Part shown: in pieces, positions 28,682 through 42,419 of the stretch
How the letters are laid out: the number at the start of each line of letters is the position of its first letter
How positions within the stretch are numbered: the first letter of the stretch is position 1
Origin: Octopus sinensis
Taxonomy: Eukaryota
Reading direction: 5' to 3'
DNA length: 64,000 nucleotides
Assembly (NCBI RefSeq): GCF_006345805.1
Contig: NC_042999.1
Span: 52,886,001-52,950,000, forward strand
The notes under the pieces: model-generated
The model's database searches: none
Seen by the model: the letters and a program-made list of their open reading frames with translations, nothing else
Told to the model about the DNA's origin: nothing
Program-made: the position numbers and the translations under genes

Positions 28682-28985
28682 TTCGAAAAATACCTGAGGA
28701 ATGAGGACCCAGGTTCGAAATTTCCCCCAAGACACCTGAAGAAGGCTGGAGGGTATATCAGCCGAAAAGTTGTGTTAACAACAAACAAGATGAGGATAAA
28801 TATCCGTCTCTTAAATATAGAACTGAACTAGGCCCCTATACTAACGGGAGTAGGCGCTGTAAAATCTGCATCACTGAGAGTGCCAACATTCTTAAAAACT
28901 TTACTGATCCTGACTTGCCGACCACGCGTAAATAAATATTCACACACTGTATCCATTCCAAGCGCTACCACCAGCAAAATTGATA
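28250..28985 (+). mobile_element. Penelope-like GIY-YIG endonuclease remnant, split by an insertion
   Basis: KYIGS...HLKDQETP*DIR*KILKQLGPY | TNGSRRCKICITE..IL...CIH matches the PLE endonuclease C-terminus (PY.NG..RC..C..E). Confidence 0.75.
28524..28825 (+). mobile_element. tRNA-head + (AAT)n + hammerhead-like chimeric short element
   Basis: A box TGGCGTAGTGG (28531), B box-like GAGTTGGATTCC, (AAT)n, HHR-like motif 28732-28776; AACTAGGCCCCTAT duplicated at 28452 and 28826. Confidence 0.7.
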
Positions 28986-29169
28986 TTCCCCGTTCGCTGA
29001 TTAGGCTCGTAAGAGACGCTACGAATTAGATCCCTACAATTGCTTATGTAAAATGTTATGTAAAGTATATAAAATATAATTTATATATAAAATGTAAATT
29101 ATCCACGCCAGAATTATCCTAATCTTTGTCTTGCCGAGAAACATTTATAATGACACTGAACAATGAATC

Positions 29170-29760
29170 CAAAACACAAATACTCCCTATGTAGTCAACC
29201 ATAATCCTAGAAACCATAACGTCTTTGCTTCAGACAAAAGATACTTTCCAATTCTATACCATCATCAAATTTTAGAAACACGAAGAACCATAAATTATCA
29301 GCAGCCGATGACAACCACAAAAATCATGAAATTCTCTTCAAAATTCTCAACAAAAGAATAATATAGGTTGAAGGCAACAAAATGGGACACCACTCATTGG
29401 GGAATGTGTGAAGTAATTAAGCTGAGCAAAACTAAAATAGGGAATGAAGAAAGAGGGAGAACTGGTGTTTAATGAGTATGTGAATTACATGAATTACAAA
29501 ACGAAAAAAAATCCTATTTAATGTATCGCATACTCACACGACAATGTGATTATATAAGTGAAACAGGAGCAAAATGAATACATCGGGTTAGATTACATAA
29601 GCAAGAAATCAAAGATTCATCTCTTAGAAATATTATGTGTGGTGAACATGAAGTTATTTGCATAAATACTTAATTCAAAGTATTCCCGTAAATAAAAGAA
29701 GACAGGAACTGATTAATAAGGAAATGTAAAATAAGAATACTTAAGAAAAATTCTAATTTC
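29170..29760 (+). mobile_element. Highly decayed PLE remnant
   Basis: LPYVVNHNPR and YISETG (YIGETG-like) motifs. Confidence 0.45.
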
Positions 29761-30136
29761 AAAATTAAACCAGTGTAAAACGCTAGTAAAAGCTACCAAC
29801 TGTGTATAGATAACCTTATAAAACGTTGTGTTTGATATGCTGAAAAAGGCAAAATGTGCTAAATTAGACGCGAAAGTTCTCTTCCAAAATATTTATGTCT
29901 TTCTGCTTTTTAAAGTTATTAATTTTTGGTTTATGAAATTCTATCTTTAAATATCCAAGAATTATTTCGAAGATGTTTCTAAGCGAACACACATAAGAAA
30001 TTAGAAAATATGTGAGCCCAGAAATAAATATTTTTTACTTGTAGTGAAAGCTATATATAATAACAACATATAAATATTGGATTCAAAGCAAACCGTTAAA
30101 CACGTCAAACTTTTACACGCATTTATTTTTATATTT

Positions 30137-30345
30137 AAGGCGACAAGCGCGCAGAATTACCAGCAAGCCGGATAAAACGCTCACTGGCATTTGATTCGTG
30201 TTTATGTTCTGAGTTAAAATGTCGTCGAGGTTACCTTACTTTTCATCCTTTCGGGTTCAAAGAGTGCCAGTCAGGTACTGGAGTGGACATAATTGACTTA
30301 TCCCTACTCCAAGATTTCAGGTCATGGACCTATACAAGAAAAGAT
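30137..30345 (+). mobile_element. Old Nin/Deu-domain SINE copy
   Basis: Diverged head plus TTTCATCCTTTCGGG core; similar old copies at 52666-52976 and 60607-60825. Confidence 0.7.
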
Positions 30346-30703
30346 AAATTATAGCTTTATCTTCGAGTTCCACTGTTAAAAAATATTTATTCCACATTCT
30401 GTCAAAATCTCTGACGTAAGCATCATGCAATTCTCGCTTTGAACAACGAATCTTCTTAAATGGACAGGAAAATTATAAGGATTGTTTTGTTACAATAGTA
30501 GGACGGTTGTCCTTTTTAAAGAAACTGCCAGTTCAAGTCCCAGGAGCACTGTTTGACTTTTTCCATCTACAATTTTCTTGAAGTCAATATTTACACCCCA
30601 TTATTTATAATTTTATCTATTTCAAATTCGACTGTGGCAAACGATTTATTTCACGTTTCTCGAAATTCACTGTATAATACACACACACACACTCACACAT
30701 GTT

Positions 30704-30846
<143 letters not shown>

Positions 30847-30907
30847 GTATATATTGTTATATTTCGGAATGGTCATTTTGCCAGTTTAGGCAAATATATA
30901 AACGTAC

Positions 30908-30992
<85 letters not shown>

Positions 30993-31000
30993 TATATATA

Positions 31001-31035
<35 letters not shown>

Positions 31036-33282
31036 GTGTGTGCGCGTGTATGTGCGTGCGTGTGTGTGTGTCCGTGTGCGTAAATAAAGTATGCCCAGCG
31101 GGGGTGTTGCAGTTAGGTATGGGGGTTTATAGTCACCTACCTTTTCCATAATTTCTAGGCAGTGGATTGACATGTGCGACCTCGGTAGAAACGTATTGTA
31201 ATCGGTAGGTGTAGGATCGTTTGTCTAATATGAGCTACTTTGGTTCGTCAGTAAGTGACCTTCAGTATGAACTGAATGGGTTCACTGTCAAAGAATATGT
31301 GTCCAATGTTTTCTGCATCTTAATGGAGCACCATTGGGAAATGTGTATATATGCGGGGCCGTATTCATGTACGTTGGGAATCCGGAGGCTGGATTAGATT
31401 CTAGGTGGTAAGGCAGTAATAGACCGGCTTCAGAATTCAATCCTCGGAAGAGGAAAATTTCGTCAACGAAATATAAACTTGCCATTTTCAATTCGCTTTT
31501 GTACCTATCCGCACCTATGGTCATGAAGGTTGTGTAATAAGGAAAATAGTACGATCACGAAAAGAATCGTCCGAAATGGGTTCTTTCGGGGGTCTGTAGA
31601 GTAATGATATTCCACAGAGTGCCTCGCACGGAAATCAGACTCTCTTGGCCGTGCCGATACACTTCTCCGCGTTGAGAAGTCGTAGCTCCAGTACAACGAG
31701 CATGTGATTAGAATGACGTAGGATAGAATCAGAAGGTAGATTCATGAAGCAGAGTTAATCGGCAGGAGAGCTAGGGGTATGCCAAGAAGAAAATGTCTGG
31801 ATAGTCGCCATCTTCTCAGTTGGTCGTGCTTGGGAATGCTGCAGGAAAATCTAATGGCGTTTGTTTCTGATATGACCGTAGGTACGTAGGGACTCTACCC
31901 CCAACGACCCACCCAGAATAGAGGGTGAAAAATTGGATGGAATCATGGATGGAGGGATGGCATTTTTCGTTTATAAAATCCTTTCTTTAAATATTGTGAC
32001 TATTTCAAGAACTTTTTCGAAGACATTTCTAACACACACCCACGAACACATACACTTATATGCATATATGGTTCATGTCATAATAACTTGGAAAACATGA
32101 GAGTCCTGAAATAAATTCTTTTTGTGTGTGAAACTGCCTCTGAAATGTAGACGGATGAAAAAGCAAGTTATTGCTTTCACTCACAAAGTTACAAAAAGGA
32201 AAATGTTCTGACATGTTTGTTGAACCTTTGATCACTCGTCAGTGACCTCACATCCTTCTTCTCACGATGACAGACTTGTTGGGATCGTTATATAAGTAAA
32301 CACCTACCAGACTTTAGTTGTAAAAGCAAGACAAATTGGATAACAGGCGGTGAAAACTGATTTGCAGCTGGTAGCATTTTGTTGGGGAAGAAGGGGAAGA
32401 AAAAATGGTAGCCATAATTTTCTTGTTGTTATTGTATTGGTTTCTCTTACTTAAATATACTCCTCTGACCATTCTTTGTCTTGGCCGTTGCTAATACAGT
32501 TTCAGTAACAGCTGCTGTTTAGTAAGTTGAGTGGGAAGGCGTAAGTGTGATGTCATCTGAAGCTGAATATATGTTAAGCGTATGTGGGCGGGTTGTGTAG
32601 GAACAGGTTAATATGTGTGGGTGAGAATACTACATCTTCCATTCTACTTATTACATTATTAGTAATATTGTACTAAAAATGTACCAAAACAGTGATAAAT
32701 ATAGTATGGCTGTTTATTGCATTAAGATACATGTTCGTTCTACTGTATTATGTCTCGTAGCGAACGGACTTCAAGTCAATCTCAATTATGAAACAACATT
32801 ACATAATTCGTCTTCAATAAACTAATTTTCGTTTGGAATTGAGTTCTCTCTGCTATTAATTGAGCTTCGGTTTTCTTTTGCTTTCGCAAAGTAGATATGT
32901 AAATTTAAGAGACAAAAAAAGAAAAAAATTGAAATGCACTAGCATTTCCTGTGCAGATCAAGTAAATTAATGAGTTTCAGACACGTCTCAATGGAATTTC
33001 AGTCTTTTAAGGTCTGTCATGGCTGTTTCATTACAACAAATTTATCTTATTCAGTGAAGTCCAACCAGTTAAGCCGTTTTAAGGAAATATTTCTGTTTCG
33101 TTCAAATGCAAATATTTTGCCATGAAATGTCTATAAATCATCTCTTTGAAAGTAGTTCATTCCAATAGCAGTGACGTGTCGTATTAAAAGTAAGCTTCAA
33201 CAACAAACATCGTAACTTCCAGAAGATACTGAAGATAATGAGGCACAGCACAAGATACATACAAACGTGACACACTCACTCT

Positions 33283-33652
33283 CATCGTGGCACTCCGTCA
33301 GTTACAAGGACGAATGTTCCGGTTGATCGGATCAACGGAAAAGCCTGCTCGGGAAATTAACGTGCAAGTGGCTGAGCACTACACAGACACGTGTACCATT
33401 AACGTAGTCCTCAGGGAGATTCAGCGTGACACAGTGTGTGACAAGGCTAGACATTTGAAATACAGATATAACAGAAACAGGAAGAAAGAATGAGAGAAAG
33501 TTGTGATGTAAAAGTGCAGCAGGGTTCGCCACCACTCCGTGCCGGAGCCTCGTGGTGCTTCAGGTATTTTAACAACGCCGGGTCTGGGATCGAAACCGTG
33601 ATCCTACGTCAACGAGTCCGCTGCCCTAACTACTTGGCTATTGCGCCTCCAC
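33283..33652 (-). mobile_element. Third-family tRNA SINE
   Basis: Aligns with 25640-25978 and 51760-52020. Confidence 0.85.
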
Positions 33653-34093
33653 ACTCACTCACATATACTAGCACACTCACATAGACAAGCACTGGTACAT
33701 ACTCACACATATCCACACTCATATATGCGGGCTGGAATACTCAATACATAAAAGTTAGTGTATATATTCTATTAGAATCTAATGACACAACTTGTAAATT
33801 TTTAATTGCAGACGCATACACACACACGTGCGCTCACGCACAAACAAATAAACAATGACACACAAACACCAATGTGTCTGGGTGTGCCTGTGCGTATGTG
33901 AGAGTGCTTTTTGTCGTCATCACCCAATCACCGCCAGTTTCGGCATGAAGATTGACGATAGCCAGCGTTTAAAAATCTAAGATGAAATAGTCTATCACTG
34001 ATGATAATGCTTGTCTACGAGTTGACAATAGACATATACTCAGATATACACATACACACATAAATACATACATTCATGCATACATACATATAT

Positions 34094-34430
34094 AATAGAC
34101 CTGACATAGTAATTTGGGATAGAGAAGAGAAATTGTACAGTGATGGAAATCAGCTGCTCAGCGGATGTTAAAATAAAGCAAAAGATCAAAGAAATAGAAA
34201 ATACCTAAACGGAACTATTGAGGAATTTACAGCATCTCTATCCAGATTAGAAGCTCGGGTTTAAACCTGTAATTATTGGGGCACTAGGATATGTAACACA
34301 CTGACTAAATATCAATCTAGAAAAATTCGGCTTCTCAGAACAAGAAAGGAGAAAGCTGATTCGAAGAACACAGATCCAATCCATCATTGGTAATGTAAAA
34401 AATTTCTAAATTTTTCCAGAAGTATACCAT
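34094..34430 (+). mobile_element. 3' end of an RLE-type non-LTR retrotransposon (R4/NeSL/HERO-like)
   Basis: NRPDIVIWDREEK..EISC..D...K...PVIIGALG restriction-like endonuclease signature. Confidence 0.8.
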
Positions 34431-34979
34431 TTATGTATACATGAGTATGTTTAAATATGAAACCATATACATGAGAATACATACATAAAACATAACTTAC
34501 AAATCTGTACACATACATACATGATGGTTTTCTACTCCTTACGCAGAGTTTGACCACCTCTTGACCTTACACCCTTCATGGCGTCTGATGTTGTTTTTTA
34601 AACCAGACAATGTATTGAAAAGACACCCACAAAGATTGCATATCCGATTTGGACCACTAAGAGCTGCAGTTAAGTTCTCATCTTTGTGGACCTTAAACTT
34701 TCTTTTGGGGCTTCCGGTAGATTTGCTCTTTTTTCCTGACTATTAATTCCCATTTATACCAATGATCATAGGTGCATCAGGCTCTGTACCAACAAATATA
34801 CACTAAAACCCTGATTAGGTATTTTGAAGAAAATACAAAGGAAAGTGTCAAAATTCTCCAGATTCAATCTATTAGGAGCACAATTGAGAGTTGTAAGAAA
34901 TTCCAAAGATTGCCCGTCTGAGATTCTTCAGGTGAACAGATACACACAGTTCAACTAACATCTCAACTCAACCACATAT

Positions 34980-35605
34980 ATATAAATATCGGGTACCTTC
35001 TTAACTAAAAAATATTGTCGGTTTTTTAGCAATCTCCTTGCATTATCTTCAGAAGAACTTAAAATAAAAGTCCAAGAAAAATCTGCATACTCATATTCGA
35101 CCTTTGGTGATGATATCATGAGCAAAATGAAGATCAAGGAGTCATACATTCCCCTCAAACATGACATCACGTCCATGAAGAGTGAGACACGCTCAGGCAG
35201 GTCATCCACAATTTGAGACGAGGAGCCGATTCGAGGGGTTTGTTGAATAATCATAGAAGACCGTGATGTAACAATCCAGAAGATTGCTCACTTAGTGGAA
35301 ATAAGCACAGGACTCTCTGCATTCCATTTTAACGGAGGATTTGTGCATGCGGAGTGCTGGCGAAAACCGTCTCTAGGGTGTTGGCTGAGTGACAGGAGCA
35401 ACTCCGTATGGAAACCACTCAGGATACACTGGACTGTGCAAACCATGACCCAGACGGCATGGGTTTCTGGTCTCTGTTTGATACGTTCGATGCGCTTTCA
35501 CATATGCACAGGAAGAGTGATGCCACCTTCTGCCCACATGATTTTGTCGAAGAAAAAGTTTGGGAGGCAAAAATACAGTCGGACTCTTTTTGAATACATA
35601 TCGCA
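34980..35605 (+). mobile_element. Decayed, deleted mariner element
   Basis: FGDDIMSK...ETRSGRSST...IIEDRDVTIQKIAHLVEISTG resembles the mariner HTH region. Confidence 0.6.
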
Positions 35606-35668
35606 TATATTGATGTATATTTATATATTTATATATGTATACGTATATGAAATCTATATATTTGTATA

Positions 35669-35904
35669 TAGTAATCCCTCGCCACATCGTGTTTCACCTA
35701 TCGCACACTCAGTATATCGCGTTTCAACTATCGTGCATTCAGAATATCGCGGATTTCTCTGGCTAATATAAGTAAATTTACATTCCGGACTTCTCATTAT
35801 ATCACGGGTTTCTGCGGCCAATAGGTATTTATATTGTTTTAGATTTTAATCATTTCTGTGAGAGGGTTTGGAACGTAACACCCGTGATAATCGAGGGATT
35901 ACTG
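35669..35904. mobile_element. pogo/Tigger-type MITE
   Basis: TIRs yAGTAATCCCTCG ... CGAGGGATTACTG, flanked by TA. Confidence 0.8.
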
Positions 35905-36524
35905 TATACGTAGGTGCGTGTATACATGTGTATATGCTTTGAAGGAGCATACATATATTCTACTCCACTACTATACTCGTTTGATGCCCTGAAAGTTACA
36001 AATGTTTTCTAAGAAAGGATATCGCTGGCATAAAACATGACAGATATTACACTTTACGTTTCATTTCATCATAACATTCTAGCTGTCCGCCATGTTTGAG
36101 TGTTTGTTTCTGTCTCAAAGGCGTGCATTATGCGTATTTGTAACTTTCCATAAATTCCCTTTAGATTTAGTTTGTTTGATCTACGCATTATTTTCTTTAA
36201 TAGCTCAAAATATGTAAATTATTCAGAAACGTTCGAACACAGCATGGCTTATCAAATTTTAATTTCAAAAGTTAATTCACTAACAACAATTAATGCCTAA
36301 TACTAGCGCGCGCGCCTGTGTGTATATACATGCGTGCATGTTTAATAGCATGGAGATGCGTGAGATAATTACAGAATAATTAAAATTTACCACTTTTATT
36401 AAAATTTACCTTCAATTTAGCATTCTGCCTTTTTATCATTTTTCCTCGCCTATATATGTATATATATATATGCATGTATGTATGTGCGTATGTATGTATG
36501 TGCGTATGTATGTATGTATGTATG

Positions 36525-36555
<31 letters not shown>

Positions 36556-36692
36556 TAGTCACTCATTATTTTCGGGGGGTAGTAAAGCTGGTAACATATA
36601 ATATGCTTTCAATGGGTGTTTTCGGAGCTCTATGTTTAAGACATAATGCTATGGCCCTCTAACCCTGATGGATGATAGTTAGCTATATATAT

Positions 36693-36755
<63 letters not shown>

Positions 36756-36789
36756 ATAATATATATACATACATCATACACGCACGCAC

Positions 36790-36824
<35 letters not shown>

Positions 36825-36827
<3 letters not shown>

Positions 36828-39613
36828 ATTTCAACAATTGAGGGTAAAATTAATTAATTAATCAATTTCACCAAGTATTCAGTATGCAAAGGGACCATTT
36901 AAGGCGAATTCAAATTATTACATTATATAAAAGGGCTTAGTAAAATAAATTACTTTGCCGCATACTGAACTCATTAGAAATAGCAGCTAAAAAAACTTCT
37001 TTAAAACTATTTCTAATACTTAAAGAAAACCTCTCTCATATAGTGTTTGCTCAATTCAACTCACGAAAGTATGAGGGTAGAGACATTAAAAAATCAAATG
37101 CAAAGGTTTTGAGAACGTACGTTTCAAGATTAGTCAAACTCGACACTTCTATCATCAGCTCAGAACTCCCTGGTTTGGATTTGAAAACACTGAAAGTGGG
37201 AGCATACCCTTCGGCTTCTTATCGCTTCTGAAGATCCGCTCGAAACTAACAGTGCCAGCAAACTCCAATATGCAAGCGAAGAATTTCTGCTCTCCCCTTT
37301 CCACCAGCGTGGCTTAAAATCAGTAAACACTATGCTTTTTTCGGTAAAATCCGGGGCATTAAATAGAGAGAGATGAATTATAATTTCAACAATTGAGGGT
37401 AAAATTAATTAATTAACAATTTCACCAAGTATTCAGTATGCAAAGGGACCATTTAAGGCGAATTCAAATTATTACATTATTAAAAGGGCTTAGTAAAATA
37501 AATTACTTTGCCGCATACTGAACTCATTAGAAATAGCAGCTAAAAAAACTTTTTTAAAACTATTTCTAATACTTAAAGAAAACCTCTCTCATATAGTGTT
37601 TGCTCAATTCAACTCACGAAAGTATGGGGGTAGAGACATTAAAAAATCAAATGCAAAGGTTATTTGAGAACGTACGTTGCAAGATTAGTCAAACTCGACA
37701 CTTCTATCACCAGCTCAGAACTCCCTGGTTTGGATTTGAAAAACTGAAAGTGGGAGCATACCCTTTCGGCTTCTTATCGCTTCTGAAGATCCGCTCGAAA
37801 CTAACAGTGCCAGCAAACTCCAATATGCAAGCGAAGAATTTCTGCTCTCCCCTTTCACCAGCGTGGCTTAAAATCAGTAAACACTATGCTTTTTTCGGTA
37901 AAACCGGGGCATTAAATAGAGAGAGATGAATTATAATTTCAACAATTGAGGGTAAAATTATTAATTAATCAATTTCACCAAGTATTCAGTATGCAAAGGG
38001 ACCATTTAAGGCGAATTCAAATGATTACATTATATAAAAGGGCTTAGTAAAATAAATTACTTTGCCGCATACTGAACTCATTAGAAATAGCAGCTAAAAA
38101 AACTTCTTTAAAACTATTTCTAATACTTAAAGAAAACCTCTCTCATATAGTGTTTGCTCAATTCAACTCACGAAAGTATGGGGGTAGAGACATTAAAAAA
38201 TCAAATGCAAAGGTTATTTGAGAACGTACGTTTCAAGATTAGTCAACTCGACACTTCTATCATCAGCTCAGAACTCCCTGGTTTGGATTTGAAAACACTG
38301 AAAGTGGGAGCATACCCTTTCGGCTTCTTATCGCTTCTGAAGATCCGCTCGAAACTAACAGTGCCAGCAAACTCCAATATGCAAGCGAAGAATTTCTCTG
38401 CTCTCCCCTTTCCACCAGCGTGGGTTAAAATCAGTAAACCACTATGCATTTTTCGGTAAAATCCGGGGCATTAAATAGAGAAGATGAATTATAATTTCAC
38501 AAATTGAGGGTAAAATTAATTAATTAATCAATTTCACCAACTGAATACTTGGTGAAATTGATTAATTAATTAATTTTACCCTCAATTGTTGAAATTATAA
38601 TTCATCTCTCTCTATTTAATGCCCCGGATTTTACCGAAAAAAGCATAGTGTTTACTGATTTTAAGCCACGCTGGTGGAAAGGGGAGAGCAGAAATTCTTC
38701 GCTTGCATATTGGAGTTTGCTGGCACTGTTAGTTTCGAGCGGATCTTCAGAAGCGATAAGAAGCCGAAAGGGTATGCTCCCACTTTCAGTGTTTTCAAAT
38801 CCAAACCAGGGAGTTCTGAGCTGATGATAGAAGTGTCGAGTTTGACTAATCTTGAAACGTACGTTCTCAAATAACCTTTGCATTTGATTTTTTAATGTCT
38901 CTACCCCCATACTTTCGTGAGTTGAATTGAGCAAACACTATATGAGAGAGGTTTTCTTTAAGTATTAGAAATAGTTTTAAAAAAGTTTTTTTAGCTGCTA
39001 TTTCTAATGAGTTCAGTATGCGGCAAAGTAATTTATTTTACTAAGCCCTTTTATATAATGTAATAATTTGAATTCGCCTTAAATGGTCCCTTTGCATACT
39101 GAATACTTGGTGAAATTGATTAATTAATTAATTTTACCCTCAATTGTTGAAATTATAATTCATCTCTCTCTATTTAATGCCCCGGATTTTACCGAAAAAA
39201 GCATAGTGTTTACTGATTTTAAGCCACGCTGGTGGAAAGGGGAGAGCAGAAATTCTTCGCTTGCATATTGGAGTTTGCTGGCACTGTTAGTTTCGAGCGG
39301 ATCTTCAGAAGCGATAAGAAGCCGAAAGGGTATGCTCCCACTTTCAGTGTTTTCAAATCCAAACAGGAGTTCTGAGCTGATGATAGAAGTGTCGAGTTTG
39401 ACTAATCTTGAAACGTACGTTCTCAAATAACTTTGCATTTGATTTTTTAATGTCTCTACCCCCATACTTTCGTGAGTTGAATTGAGCAAACACTATATGA
39501 GAGAGGTTTTCTTTAAGTATTAGAAATAGTTTTAAAAAAGTTTTTTTAGCTGCTATTTCTAATGAGTTCAGTATGCGCAAAGTAATTTATTTTACTAAGC
39601 CCTTTTATATAAT
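36825..39613. repeat. ~555-bp tandem array: 3 full + 1 partial forward units, then about 2 inverted units
   Basis: Unit starts ATAATTTCA at 36825, 37380, 37933 and 38491; orientation switches at 38540/38541; (TA)n at both ends. Confidence 0.97.
38817..38869 (+). ncRNA. Candidate type I hammerhead ribozyme in the array unit
   Basis: TGAG-CTGATGA-[imperfect stem II]-GAAAC-GTAC-GTT-CTCA; also 39373-39425 (+), 37110-37162 (-), 38219-38270 (-). Confidence 0.6.
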
Positions 39614-41015
39614 AATATATATCTATATATATATATATATATATAATATATATATATATATATAATATATATATCTATATATATATTTATATATATGTAT
39701 ATATATATATATATATACATATATATAAAATGAGTATGATTCAGATGAATTAGATGCTTAAATGTAGGTACCTAGCCGGTTGATATAGCCCGCGTAGCTA
39801 GAAGAACAATTAAGTAACGAGGATGTCCAGGTATTAATGCATTACGGCCGTTTCAGGCGGCTCCATTTAATTGATCAGTGAAAACATTACATCAATTTGA
39901 AATACACCACTCTCCTCAGAGGCAGACAAACTTATAGATTTCCAACATAAAGGATAAAACCTTTTTTAGCACAATTTCCATCAGTAATAGAAAATAAAGC
40001 GCTTAACATTGGTTTTCTTTGATATGTTTGTGGAAAAATGAATTTATGGGAAAAAATCTAAAACCTATTGTAATTTATAGAGCTTTAGAGGGAAATAGTA
40101 GGGGCCAAGAAAAAAGAAGTTGGGAATAGTTTATTTTTAACTTTGTTTTATTTATAAGATTTTATGCTACAACCCTTTAGAGTTAAATTTGTTGGGAGTC
40201 GACAGTTAAGTTCCAGTTGATGAGGGAAATTAATTAATGTCGATGCAATGCGGTATATTTGCTATCTATCATTTTATCGGCGATTGTCATTGGAATACGG
40301 CTAAAATGGTCATCACACTGAAAGTTTCAGTTTTTATATATACTCCCGGTATTTTATCAAGCGTTATTATATCGATATGTTAAAGGCTGCCGGCAGAGTT
40401 GACCTTTGCGTGACAGAGATGGAACTAAATGTGAGAGTGCGACTTTTTTTGCACATGTATAACGCACAACATTGTCTTAAATTTCGCTGGTATGTTTATT
40501 CTCGTGCCTATATGCGAAATATGTGTACGAAATGCGAAGTATGTGTACCAACGAACACACATGTGTAGGTGTGAGTTGCAGAGAGATATCTAAAATTGTT
40601 GAAAAACGAAACAGAAACATGAAAATCTTTCTGTTACAAATTAGTTGAAATTTTACTCATTAAATTCCGTTTCCCTTCACAATTTTATTGAAACATATTT
40701 TCCTTCTGGCAACGAACTTCATGGCAATTTCTTTAATTTTCCTATTTTGTATTTAACCTGCAGCATAATACATCTTTCATAAGAAGATGAGACGAGAAGC
40801 TGAGTGAAGCCTGACCAGGCTATAAATAGAAACGTAATACAGGCTAATAAAGTCAGATGAAACATTCGAATTCGGAAGTAAATTTAATTAGAAATCTACA
40901 CTTCTTACTCAAAAATCCGAAACGTTTGAAGTATACACCAAACCATAGTGGCACCTGCGAACATACATACGTACTAGTATATACATACTTACAGGTATAC
41001 ATTCTTACTTGTAGG

Positions 41016-41112
<97 letters not shown>

Positions 41113-41223
41113 GTGCGTGTACGGGTTTGAGCATTCGCATAACTTGGTAAAAAAAGGTTAATTGCTTCACATGTTTCCCTCCGTTGAGACTTCTTGAAAC
41201 ATTAAAGAAATCGTTTTATTCTC

Positions 41224-41283
<60 letters not shown>

Positions 41284-41291
41284 ATATATAT

Positions 41292-41446
<155 letters not shown>

Positions 41447-42419
41447 TATATATACTAAGGTAATAAAGAAAATGACACCAAAAGAAGAAAAGTACGAAAA
41501 AAGTACGAAAAAAAAAGGAAAGACCGGAATGACAATTTTGCTTCATTAAACGATGATAATTAGTCCTGTTGCCTTATCAAACTAAAAATTCGTTGATTTT
41601 GTTTACTTTGTTGATATTTCAACGTGGTTGTCTTTTTTTTCTATTGATTGTAAATTATCATGAATTTCTTTGTAAGATATTAAAATGTTAAAAGTGGTGT
41701 TAAATACGATATTAAAATGGCATAAAGTTGACATAAAGGAAATGTGAAATGGTTATTGTTATATGATGACCTTGGGATAATGTAATTAAATAAATTGAAA
41801 GCATGAAGCAATATTAGATCGGAATTTATAGCCAATTACAGAGCAAGTACGTACATCTTCCATTCATATCCCGTTCCCGTATTGACACTGAAACACAGCA
41901 TTCTGCTTCCATTAACCTTTACACTGCTTACACATATTGAAATACGTTTCCTTGTTTACTTACCTTTATGTAAAATCATGCTAAAATATCGGTCGGGTTA
42001 CTTCTACTATGATGTAAATCTCTACTCGTAAAAATTTATACATTTGACTGGATCCGAGGTAATTTAGCGTGAAGTACAATGAATTGGTTTTGGTCTTGGT
42101 TTTCCCTGCTTGTTATACTGTTGGGGTAAAACATTTGTATGAATATACTGTTGCATGCACTCATGCTGAACTGTTCATTGCATTTGCTCAATAAATGATG
42201 CAGATGAAAATAGGTTCAAATATTCCAATGGTACTTTATTTACAATAATCTTTCTTACATCAACAGAACACAGTTCCCTTACAGAGCTTCAATTTAATCT
42301 TGTGGAATGCGTGTTTAGTTTCCAAGAAATATAAGCCATTATTCTTGCATTTATTCTTAAAGAAATTTTGTTTGGGGGATATAATGGTCTTGGAAATGAG
42401 TCCTGGATATATATTCAAC

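Noticed and set aside
31090-31720. Possible PLE remnant on the minus strand
   Set aside because: Only a vague KCIG motif; not enough to call.
37225-37260. Opposite-strand HHR-like CTGAAGA-TCCGCTC-GAAACTAACAGTG in the array unit (would imply ambisense ribozymes)
   Set aside because: No stem II or stem I pairing, and G at the cleavage position.
39004-39140. CTAATGAG-TTCAGTATGC...GCATACTGAA..GAAA as a second HHR
   Set aside because: The 10-bp stem is real, but the core has G5A, spacing is wrong and there is no stem I.
37600-39489. ~110-aa ORFs repeated in the 555-bp array
   Set aside because: Frames differ between copies, starts are non-ATG and no domain is recognisable.
36825-39613. CRISPR-like array
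   Set aside because: Long identical units without unique spacers, in a eukaryotic context.
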